Positions 19,572 through 27,077 of a stretch of DNA of 27,077 nucleotides are shown in pieces (within the stretch, counting starts at the first letter, position 1; each line of letters starts with the position of its first letter). The notes beneath the pieces are model-generated. The model worked only from the letters and a program-made list of their open reading frames with translations, was not told the origin of the DNA and ran no database searches. Source of the stretch: Gemmatimonadota bacterium. Its GTDB lineage: Bacteria > Gemmatimonadota > Gemmatimonadetes > Gemmatimonadales > GWC2-71-9. The stretch is from the NCBI GenBank assembly GCA_003220905.1, contig QHTS01000087.1, forward strand, positions 1-27,077. Direction: 5' to 3'. The position numbers and the translations under genes were made by a program.

Positions 19572-19600
19572 CCGGTAGGCCGTCGGAGCTGGCCTACCGG
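19572..19600. promoter_or_regulatory. Perfect 10-bp inverted repeat upstream of susC2
   Basis: CCGGTAGGCC-N9-GGCCTACCGG, about 100 nt before ATG 19703, in the divergent intergenic region. Confidence 0.45.
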
Positions 19601-19702
19601 ATGCCTGCGCGACCGACTCACCGCAACGCTCCGCGGGTGCTGCAGCGTGTGCCCGCGCCGGCCGGATCCCGTTCCAGGACCCTTTGGATGAGGACACGCT
19701 CC

Positions 19703-22690
19703 ATGAACGCATTTCGCATTCGCCAATTCCTCGGCAGCGCGGCAGCGATCCTGTTGCTCGCAGCGGTTGTCGCCGAGCCGGTGCAGGCGCAGCGCGGCAC
19801 AGTCGCTGGGCAGGTGACGGACAAGTCGAACCAGCCGGTGTCGGGCGCCTCGGTGATCATCATCGGCACCAGCCTCCAGGGGCGCACGACCCGCGAAGGC
19901 CGCTTCACGCTCACGAACGTGCCGGCGGGCCAGTACCAGGTCCAAGTCCGGCTGATCGGCTACGCGACCGCGACGAGCCCGGTCACCGTGGCCGCTGGTC
20001 AGACCGCGACAGCCGACTTCGTGCTCACCGCGGCTGCCGTGCCGCTCGATGTGGTCATCGTGTCGGCCACGGGACAGGAACAGCTCAAGCGCGAGAGCGG
20101 CAGCAACGTGGGGACGATCGACGCGGCCACCGTCGCGCAGGCCGCCTTGCCGACCAACGCCGCAGATCTCCTCAACTCCCGCGTGCCGGGCGTGGAGGTG
20201 ATGCAAAGCGGCGGGACCACCGGGACCGGGTCCCGCATCCGGATCCGGGGCGCGACCAGCCTCTCGCTCCGTAATGAGCCGATCATCGTCGTGGACGGCG
20301 TGCGCGTGGACAACGTCCCGAACGCCGACGGCGGACTGGGCGCGGCGGGCGGGCAGGCGCCGTCGCGTCTCAACGATCTCAACCCGGAGGACTGGGAGTC
20401 GGTGGAAGTGGTCAAGGGTCCGTCCGCGGCGGCGCTGTACGGTACCGACGCGGCCAACGGCGTGATCCAGATCCGAACCAAGCAAGGGCGGCCCGGGCCC
20501 ACGAAGTGGAGTGGATATCTCGAAGGCGCCGTGCTGAACGACCCGACTCAATGGCCGGCGAACTATTTCTCCCGCGGGAGCAACGGCAGGTCCTGCCGCC
20601 TTACGTCCCAGGCCTTGGGAAGCTGCACGGTGGTCGCCGTGGACAGCTTCAACCCGCTCGAGCAGAACTCGCCGTTCCGGCAGGGGGTGCGCCAACAGTA
20701 CGGTGTGAACGTCTCGGGGGGCAACGAGGCCACCACGTTCTACGTGTCCGGGGATTTCCAGCGTGAGAAGGGCATCTTCGAGTCGAACGACCTCAAGAAG
20801 ACCAACCTGCGCGTCAACCTGCACAACCAGATCAGCCAGCTGATGGATCTGTCGGTCACGAGCGCCTACGTGTCGAGCGATCTGGCGCTCCCACAGAACG
20901 ACAATAACTCCTTCGGGATCCTCCCGAGCGGGCTGCTCGGGTTCGCGTTCGACACGGCCGCGCCCCTCGCGAACGTGCCGAATCCACGAGGCGGGTACCG
21001 ATTCCTCACGCCGGCACAGGCCACCGCTATTTCCGCCACCCAGCGCATCGAGCGCTTCACGGGTGGCCTGAACCTCAACTTTCGGCCGTGGAGCTTCCTC
21101 TCGGTGCGCGGCACCGCGGGCTACGACGTGAACAACCAAGGCGACAACTTCCTGAACCCCCCCAGCGTGAACCCCTTCGATCTCGAGGGGAGCGCGTTCG
21201 GGTACCGCGCGCAGGTCCGCACCTACTCGGCGAACCTGTCGTCGACGGGGTCGTTCCGCCTGTCGCCGGTGGTGACGTCGAACACGACGGTGGGGGTGCA
21301 GTACACTAAGAACATCTTCGAACAGATTCGGGCGTCCGGTCGACGGATTGTCACGGGAACCGGTGGGGTAGGCGGGGTGGTCATCCCGGCGGCGAGCGAT
21401 TCCATCGCGCCGCAAGTCACGCTGGGCGGCTACGTCGAAGAGCAGATTGGCATCCGCGACCGGGTGTACCTCACCGGGGCGCTGCGTGCCGACAAGAACT
21501 CAGCATTCGGCACGGAGTTCAGCAATATCCTGTACCCGAAGCTCTCCGGTTCGTGGGTGATCTCGGAGGAGCCGTTTTTCCCGCGCCTGAGCTGGCTGTC
21601 TAGCCTCCGGCTGCGGGCCGCGTGGGGCGGGTCCGGCCGGGCGCCGGGAACGCTCGATGCCCAGCGGTTCTTCGTGCCCGTCGCGGTGGCGGCGGACGGC
21701 AGCGACTTGCCCGGGGTCACGATCGGTGGGGTCGGGAATGCGGGCCTCAAGCCGGAGCGGACCCGGGAAATCGAGACCGGGTTCGACGCGGACTTCGCGC
21801 AGCAGCGGATCCACTTCGAGGCCACGTATTACGACAAGGACTCGAAAGACGCTCTGGTCGCGGTCCCGATCGCGGGGTCGGCGGGTGAAAGCTTCACCCG
21901 GCTGGACAACCTCGGCGAGGTGAGCAATAAGGGCGTGGAGTTCCTCCTCTCGGCCCAGGTGATCAATACGCCGAGCCTCTCCTGGAGCGTGACCGCGAGC
22001 GCGTGGGGGAACAAGAACCGCGTCCTCGCCACCGACGCGGACAGCACGCCGATCATCTTCGGCCTGGGCGGCTCGACGCAGCGCCACCAGGTCGGGTACC
22101 CGGCAGGCGGCTATTGGGGCACGTCCTACACCGCCCGGGATCTCAACGGCGATGGGTTGATCGATCCCATCGCCGAGATCACCCTGGGCGATTCGGACAC
22201 GTTCCAGGGCTCGTCGGTCCCGACGCGCGGCCTGTCGATCTCCACGGAAGTCAATTTCCTGCGGCATTTCAGCCTGCACGGCCTGCTCGACGGCCGCTGG
22301 GGCGGCAAGCTCGACAACAGCACCGAGCAGTTCCGTTGCTTGTTCTCGATCTGCCGAGGCCTTCGCGTTCCGAGCTCGTCGCTCGAGGAGAAGGCGGCAG
22401 CGGCCTCCGCGCTGTTCTACGGGCTTGAGACCGGATATTTCGAGGATGCGGGCTTCCTGAAGCTGCGCGAACTGTCCCTGACCTACTTCGCTCCCGCGAT
22501 GTGGGCCTCCCGCATCGGAGCCAGCGCACTCAGCCTGACCATATCGGGTCGCAACCTGGCGACGTGGACGAATTACAAGGGCCCTGATCCCGAGGTGAGT
22601 CAGTCGGGGCAGTTCAACTTCAGCGTCGCCGACTTCCTGACGCAACCGCCGGTGCGGTCGTTCGTCGCCCGCGTCAACGTGACCTACTGA
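19703..22690 (+). CDS. SusC/RagA-family TonB-dependent transporter (susC2)
   Basis: RBS GAGGA before ATG 19703, signal peptide (..VQAQ), plug NEPIIVVDGVR, signature LNPEDWESVEVVKGPSAAALYGTDAANGVIQIRTKQG, and C-terminal FLKLRELSLTY...YKGPDPE. Confidence 0.93.
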   Translation: MNAFRIRQFLGSAAAILLLAAVVAEPVQAQRGTVAGQVTDKSNQPVSGASVIIIGTSLQGRTTREGRFTLTNVPAGQYQVQVRLIGYATATSPVTVAAGQTATADFVLTAAAVPLDVVIVSATGQEQLKRESGSNVGTIDAATVAQAALPTNAADLLNSRVPGVEVMQSGGTTGTGSRIRIRGATSLSLRNEPIIVVDGVRVDNVPNADGGLGAAGGQAPSRLNDLNPEDWESVEVVKGPSAAALYGTDAANGVIQIRTKQGRPGPTKWSGYLEGAVLNDPTQWPANYFSRGSNGRSCRLTSQALGSCTVVAVDSFNPLEQNSPFRQGVRQQYGVNVSGGNEATTFYVSGDFQREKGIFESNDLKKTNLRVNLHNQISQLMDLSVTSAYVSSDLALPQNDNNSFGILPSGLLGFAFDTAAPLANVPNPRGGYRFLTPAQATAISATQRIERFTGGLNLNFRPWSFLSVRGTAGYDVNNQGDNFLNPPSVNPFDLEGSAFGYRAQVRTYSANLSSTGSFRLSPVVTSNTTVGVQYTKNIFEQIRASGRRIVTGTGGVGGVVIPAASDSIAPQVTLGGYVEEQIGIRDRVYLTGALRADKNSAFGTEFSNILYPKLSGSWVISEEPFFPRLSWLSSLRLRAAWGGSGRAPGTLDAQRFFVPVAVAADGSDLPGVTIGGVGNAGLKPERTREIETGFDADFAQQRIHFEATYYDKDSKDALVAVPIAGSAGESFTRLDNLGEVSNKGVEFLLSAQVINTPSLSWSVTASAWGNKNRVLATDADSTPIIFGLGGSTQRHQVGYPAGGYWGTSYTARDLNGDGLIDPIAEITLGDSDTFQGSSVPTRGLSISTEVNFLRHFSLHGLLDGRWGGKLDNSTEQFRCLFSICRGLRVPSSSLEEKAAAASALFYGLETGYFEDAGFLKLRELSLTYFAPAMWASRIGASALSLTISGRNLATWTNYKGPDPEVSQSGQFNFSVADFLTQPPVRSFVARVNVTY

Positions 22691-22706
22691 GCCCGAGGAG
22701 AACGCC

Positions 22707-24149
22707 ATGAAGCATACAGCCAAGCTGTTCGCGCTCCTGGTGGTCACGCTGGTGACGGCACAGGGCGGCTGCAACGACCCGCTGCGCGTGCACATTTCCG
22801 ACATCGTCCCTCCCGGTTCGCTCACGGATACGGCGGCGCTCGCCACGCTGCGCGCCGGCGCGATCGGCGACTTTTCCATCGCCTACAGCGGCGACCACCC
22901 GGACGGATCGGGGGGAACCGGGGAGGGCGTGATCATGTACGGCGGCCTCCTGGCCGACGAGTGGATCAACTCGGAGACGTTCCCGACCCGCATCGAGGTG
23001 GATGCGCGCCAGACCAGTCCGGCGGGGGGGTTGACGACGACCAACGCGGACGTGGACCTGTGGTATCGCCTGCTGCATCAGGCTCGCAACTCGGCGGAGA
23101 AAGCCGCCGCGCGGTACGCGGCGTTGCGCCCGGAGGATCTCGGACATTCCGAGGTGCTGAACCTCGCGGGCTACACGTACCTGTTCTTCGTGGAAACGTA
23201 CTGCTCAGGAGTTCCGGTGAGCCATCTGGACCCCGCTACGGGAAAGATCGCGTATGGGGTGCCGCTCACCACCAGGCAGCTCATCGATACGGCGATCGTG
23301 CGATTCGACGCGGCGACGGCCGCCGCGAACTTGGACACAGTGTCGGCGAACGCGACCCGGAAGGCGGTGATGTTGAATCTCGCGGCCGTCGGCAAGGCCC
23401 GGGCGCTGGTCGACAGTGGTAACTTCGCCGCCGCCGCTGCCGTCGTCGCTGGAGTGCCGACCAACTTCGCCTACCTGAGCGAGCACTCCGAGATCACCGA
23501 CTTCGAGAACAACGGGGTGTTCAACGGCAACCTCTTCGACGCACGGTACTCCGTCGCCGACCAGGAAGGCGTGAACGGGTTCGCGTTCGTGTCGTCACCG
23601 GATCCCCGGACCACCTCGTTCCCGGCGGGCGACGGCTTCGATCAGGCTACGCCGCTGGAAGCCACGTTGCGCTACGGCGACCGCAAGGCGCCGATCACCC
23701 TCGCGACCGGCGTGGAGGCGCGCCTGATCGAGGCAGAGGCTGCCCTGAGTGCGGGAAACATCCCGGGGTACTTTACCGCGCTGAACCAGCCGCGCCAGAA
23801 TCCGGCCGACCGGGCGTACTTCAACCCCAACCCGTTCAACCGCACCGAGCCGCTCACGGCGGCGATCCCCCAGATGCCGGACTTGACGGCGACCGACACG
23901 ACGAACGCCGGCGGGGCCGTGAACCTCCTGTTCAACGAGCGGGCGCGCTGGTTATGGCTCACGGCGCACCGTTTGGGAGACCTGCGACGTTTGATCCGGC
24001 AGTACGGGCGGCTCCCAAACACGGTCTTCCCGACCGGGCCCTACTTCAAGGTGAATTTTACGGACTACGGCAACGACGTGAACATCCCCGTTCCGATCAC
24101 GGAGCGGAACAACCCCAACTTCACGGCCTGCCTGAATCGGGACCCCTAA
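22707..24149 (+). CDS. SusD/RagB-family lipoprotein (susD2)
   Basis: Lipobox QGGC, directly after susC2. Motifs EARLIEAEAAL and NERARWLWLTAHRLGDLRR (variant of ER.xEL..EG.R..DL.R), plus PVPITERNNPN. Confidence 0.9.
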   Translation: MKHTAKLFALLVVTLVTAQGGCNDPLRVHISDIVPPGSLTDTAALATLRAGAIGDFSIAYSGDHPDGSGGTGEGVIMYGGLLADEWINSETFPTRIEVDARQTSPAGGLTTTNADVDLWYRLLHQARNSAEKAAARYAALRPEDLGHSEVLNLAGYTYLFFVETYCSGVPVSHLDPATGKIAYGVPLTTRQLIDTAIVRFDAATAAANLDTVSANATRKAVMLNLAAVGKARALVDSGNFAAAAAVVAGVPTNFAYLSEHSEITDFENNGVFNGNLFDARYSVADQEGVNGFAFVSSPDPRTTSFPAGDGFDQATPLEATLRYGDRKAPITLATGVEARLIEAEAALSAGNIPGYFTALNQPRQNPADRAYFNPNPFNRTEPLTAAIPQMPDLTATDTTNAGGAVNLLFNERARWLWLTAHRLGDLRRLIRQYGRLPNTVFPTGPYFKVNFTDYGNDVNIPVPITERNNPNFTACLNRDP

Positions 24150-24184
24150 GAGCGCCAGTCGCTCACGGGGATGGGAGGAAGCAG

Positions 24185-24213
24185 AGGGAGGGAGCGTCGG
24201 CGGCTCCCTCCCT
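24185..24213. terminator. Probable bidirectional terminator
   Basis: 11-bp perfect stem AGGGAGGGAGC / GCTCCCTCCCT between the convergent susD2 and plug-domain genes, followed by TGCTGTTT. Confidence 0.6.
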
Positions 24214-24219
24214 TGCTGT

Positions 24220-24645
24220 TTACGACCGGCCGTCCTTGGTCTTGATCAGAATCACACCGCTCACGGAATTCGTCCCGTAGTAGGTCGTCCCCTCGATGCC
24301 GTCGTAGATATAGATCAAGAGAATCGACTGGGCGTCGATGTCTTCGAGCGCCCGGAAATCCGGGAGGCGGACGCCGTCGAGCAGAATCGCGGGAGAGTCG
24401 TCGAGATAGAAGCTCGCCCGGCCGCGCCGCCCGAGGCTTGCAGGACGGCCGTTACGGTCGTCCTGGGCTTGCAGCATCGGCGCGTGCCGCTTCAACACCT
24501 GCCACGCCGTGTGCGCCCCCGACTTCTCGATCTCCTCGGCGGTGATCGTGAACGTCCCGGCGGGCACGTCACGCTTCGTGCCGTGCTGGGCCGCCGGGCC
24601 GCATCCGAGCAACACAACAACGAGCGACGCGGTGAGCGCCTTCAT
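24220..24645 (-). CDS. Stand-alone TonB-dependent-receptor plug-domain lipoprotein
   Basis: RBS GGGAGG, lipobox LLGC, plug motifs ITAEEIEKSG, PAILLDGV and YYGTNSVSGVILIKTK. It stops after the plug (141 aa) with no barrel. Confidence 0.8.
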   Translation of the reverse strand: MKALTASLVVVLLGCGPAAQHGTKRDVPAGTFTITAEEIEKSGAHTAWQVLKRHAPMLQAQDDRNGRPASLGRRGRASFYLDDSPAILLDGVRLPDFRALEDIDAQSILLIYIYDGIEGTTYYGTNSVSGVILIKTKDGRS

Positions 24646-24734
24646 GGAGGCCTCCCGTTTCAACTCTATACTCATGCCCCCCGCCACGAGCGTCAAGGTA
24701 TCGGGCGCGTTCGGCCGCGTGTATCTTCGCGGCG

Positions 24735-25502
24735 ATGCTGCAACTCACGGCGCTGCTGCTCGTTGCCCAGGTCCAGGTGCCGCCTCCGCGGGGCTACGTG
24801 AACGATTTCGCCGGCGTGCTCGACGCCGCGTCGGTCGCGCACATGGAAGCGGTGGTCGCCGAGGTCCGGGAGAAGACGCGCGGCGAGATCGCCGTGGTGA
24901 CCCTCCCCGATATCGGCGACCGCCCGGCGGCGGACGTGGCGCTCGAGATCGGGCGCCGCTGGGGCGTCGGAGCAAGGGGGGAGGCGGGCGACCCAGCGAA
25001 GAACCTCGGCGTCGTGGTGCTGCTCGTTCCTCAGAAGAATCACCGACCGGGCACGGGTCAGGTCTTCATCGCCACCGGTCGCGGCGCCGAGGGATTCCTC
25101 ACGGATGCCCGCGTGGGCCGGATTCGGGACGCCATGACACCGTATCTCGCGCGGGAACAATACGGGGCGGGACTGGTGCATGGCCTGAACCTGATCGCCC
25201 AGGCGTTCGCTCAAGAGTTCGGCGTCACGCTGACCGGGGCACCGGCCCCGCGCCCGAACGATGGCTCGGAGCGGCTGCCGATTCCCGTGACCTGGATCAT
25301 CGTCTTCGTGATCGTGTTGATTGTCCTCAGCCGCGGGCGCATTCTCCTGCTGCCGCTCCGGTTCGGCGGGTTGGGTGGCGGGGGCCGCGGCTGGAGCGGC
25401 GGTGGCGGGTTCGGCGGCGGTGGCGGGTTCGGCGGCGGTGGCTTCGGCGGGTTCGGTGGTGGGGGTGGATTCTCAGGCGGTGGAGCGGGAGGGCGCTTCT
25501 AG
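24735..25502 (+). CDS. TPM-domain (YgcG/TLP18.3-like) membrane protein with Gly-rich tail
   Basis: GYVNDFAGVL, GEIAVVTL, WGVG...NLGVVVL and ATGRGAEGFLTD, followed by a TM helix and a GGGFGG...GGGAGGRF tail. Confidence 0.88.
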   Translation: MLQLTALLLVAQVQVPPPRGYVNDFAGVLDAASVAHMEAVVAEVREKTRGEIAVVTLPDIGDRPAADVALEIGRRWGVGARGEAGDPAKNLGVVVLLVPQKNHRPGTGQVFIATGRGAEGFLTDARVGRIRDAMTPYLAREQYGAGLVHGLNLIAQAFAQEFGVTLTGAPAPRPNDGSERLPIPVTWIIVFVIVLIVLSRGRILLLPLRFGGLGGGGRGWSGGGGFGGGGGFGGGGFGGFGGGGGFSGGGAGGRF

Positions 25503-25503
25503 T

Positions 25504-26217
25504 ATGGCGTCGAAATTGACAGTCGAGCAATTTGCCGCAGAGGTCGCCCGCGCGCTCGGCGAGCGTCTGGTGGCGCTGCTGCTCTACGGTTCCTGGGCGC
25601 GCGGGACCCACGTACCGGACCGCTCCGACGTGAACACGCTGCTCATCTGCGACACGGCGGACGATGCCTTGTTCGAGGCGCTCGCTCCGGCCGCGCGCGA
25701 CTGGACCCGCGCGGGCCAGCCCGCACCGCTCATCCTGACCGAGCGGGAGTGGCGCGAGTCGGCGGACGCCTTCCCGATCGAATACGAGGACATGCGCGAC
25801 GCGCACCGGGTGCTCGCCGGGCGCGACCCGTGGCCCGGCATCCAGGTGGACCGCGGCCATTTGCGGCGCCAGCTCGAGCACGAGCTGATGGGCAAGCTGG
25901 TGCGGTTGCGACAGGCGTACGCGCCGCTGCATGAGGACCCGAAACAGCTCGCACGGGTCATCGTAGGGAGCGCCGGCGGCTTTTTCACCATGCTGCGTGC
26001 GGTGCTGCGCTTCGGCGGCCGACCCGTGCCCGCGTCACCCGCCGAGCTGGTACGGGGCGCGGCGTCGCTGATCGGATTCCCGGCCGAGGGGCTCGCACCG
26101 TTGGTACAGCATGCGCTGGGCGGTCCGATGCCGCGGGTCGGGAAGGGTGATCCTCTGGCGGCCGCGTATCTTGGCGCCGTGGCGCGCACCGCTGAGTATG
26201 TGAACCGTTTGACGTAG
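25504..26217 (+). CDS. Nucleotidyltransferase-fold protein with helical C-terminal region
   Basis: LLYGSWARG...RSDVNTLLI resembles the Pol-beta-superfamily GS...DxD motif, with Asn at the second position. The ATG is 1 nt after the TPM-gene stop. Confidence 0.72.
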   Translation: MASKLTVEQFAAEVARALGERLVALLLYGSWARGTHVPDRSDVNTLLICDTADDALFEALAPAARDWTRAGQPAPLILTEREWRESADAFPIEYEDMRDAHRVLAGRDPWPGIQVDRGHLRRQLEHELMGKLVRLRQAYAPLHEDPKQLARVIVGSAGGFFTMLRAVLRFGGRPVPASPAELVRGAASLIGFPAEGLAPLVQHALGGPMPRVGKGDPLAAAYLGAVARTAEYVNRLT

Positions 26218-26249
26218 AGTGCGGCAACAGATATGACGTATCGAACCCA

Positions 26250-26356
26250 TGTTGTTCCCACCCTCAAGGGTGGGCCCGGCGAGACACAGTGCTGCAGCAC
26301 ATCTGTGTCCTTCAGGACAGTGCAGGCCGGGCCCAGGCTTCAGCCTGGGAAAACAC
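26250..26356. repeat. REP-doublet-like multi-hairpin element or structured RNA
   Basis: Hairpins CCCACCC-TCAA-GGGTGGG (26257-26274) and CCCAGGC-TTCA-GCCTGGG (26332-26349), 10-bp inverted repeat TGGGCCCGGC/GCCGGGCCCA, central palindrome GTGCTGCAGCAC, and a TGTCC-TTCA-GGACA hairpin. Confidence 0.65.
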
Positions 26357-26380
26357 ACCACGGACTTGATAGAGAAGGAG

Positions 26381-26965
26381 ATGCTCGTGTTCGCTTGGAC
26401 GCGTGAGTGGGCCCTGGCCCTAGTTGTCCTAGCCAGCGTCGGGGCGGCCGGCTGCGGCTACAACACGATTCAGACGTACGACGAGCAGGTGACTGCCGCT
26501 GGCTCGCAGATCAAGGTGCAGCTGCAGCGCCGCGCCGATCTCATCCCCAACCTGGTCGAAACGGTGAAGGGGTACGCCAAGCAGGAGCAGACGGTCTTCA
26601 CCGAGGTGGCGGAGGCCCGGGCCAAGCTCGCCGGGGCGGTCCAGAGCGGCGACCTGCAGCAGATGGCGCAGGCGAACGCCCAGCTCACGGCCCCGCTCGG
26701 CCGCCTGCTCGCCATCGCCGAGAATTACCCGCAGCTCAAGTCCAACGAGAACTTCCGCGCGTTACAGGACCAGCTCGAGGGGACGGAGAACCGCATCGCC
26801 GTCGCGCGGCAGGACTACAACGAGGCCGTGAACCGCTACAACGCCTACATCCGGCGGTTCCCGCAGGTGCTCACCGCGAAGCTCCTCGGGAAGGGGCCGC
26901 GGCCCTACTTCGAGCTGGAGACGCCGGGCGCGGCCCAGGCGCCGAAGGTGGACTTCTCGAAGTGA
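26381..26965 (+). CDS. lemA: LemA family protein
   Basis: GCGYNTIQ, QLQRRADLIPNLVETVKGYA, ENYPQLKSNENF..LQDQLEGTENRIAVAR..YN and APKVDF. The start may be GTG 26387 given RBS spacing. Confidence 0.93.
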   Translation: MLVFAWTREWALALVVLASVGAAGCGYNTIQTYDEQVTAAGSQIKVQLQRRADLIPNLVETVKGYAKQEQTVFTEVAEARAKLAGAVQSGDLQQMAQANAQLTAPLGRLLAIAENYPQLKSNENFRALQDQLEGTENRIAVARQDYNEAVNRYNAYIRRFPQVLTAKLLGKGPRPYFELETPGAAQAPKVDFSK

Positions 26966-27077
26966 ATTGTCAGAAACGTGTGAAGAGGCTTTAGAGAGGT
27001 TGGATTTCTCGAAACCGCGTTTGTTTTAGGCCTCTTGCGACGTTCTGATACAAGCTGCACAATAGTCCCTACATGGA

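Noticed and set aside
19289-21415. N-terminal 709 aa of the 848-aa minus-strand ORF
   Set aside because: Antisense to susC2 and the intergenic region. Only the last 139 aa look like a real lipoprotein.
25381-25499. Tandem GGCGGTGGCGGGTTC repeats
   Set aside because: They encode the Gly-rich tail normal for TPM-domain proteins.
26250-26356. tRNA, 6S RNA or known riboswitch
   Set aside because: No T-loop/D-loop consensus or acceptor stem, no central-bubble 6S architecture, and no recognisable aptamer consensus. An Rfam scan is still advisable.
26966-27077. Promoter and start of a further gene at the window end
   Set aside because: AT-rich with a possible TTGCGA-17-CACAAT and an ATG at 27073, but too little sequence to support a call.

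Overview
GC-rich bacterial chromosomal segment, most plausibly Gemmatimonadota (inference from SusC/SusD pairs, plug-only and small lipoproteins in a high-GC, LPS-making genome). It is mainly envelope and energy housekeeping. In order: mlaF (5'-truncated) and mlaD, a Nudix hydrolase, an AraC-type regulator, an F1-only atpAGDC block, four small beta-barrel-like outer-membrane proteins plus a Bor-like lipoprotein, and dsbA-like/waaA on the minus strand. Then two SusC/SusD pairs with small lipoproteins between and after them, and a TPM-domain / nucleotidyltransferase-like / LemA cluster. No CRISPR array, tRNA, rRNA, transposase or integrase was seen. The most unusual signal is a set of small palindromic elements sharing one architecture: tandem short units, a spacer, then the reverse-complement units. 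They use three different units (7-mer AATGCGG, 8-mer GGGCGGAC, 10-mer GGTGGAGGTT-like). Most sit just after stop codons, and one sits in frame inside atpG. Also notable are a Rex/CRP-type operator before atpA, a SusC with six local Cys pairs divergent from a DsbA-like gene, and a REP-doublet-like structured element before lemA. All calls were made by eye from motifs; no database searches were run.
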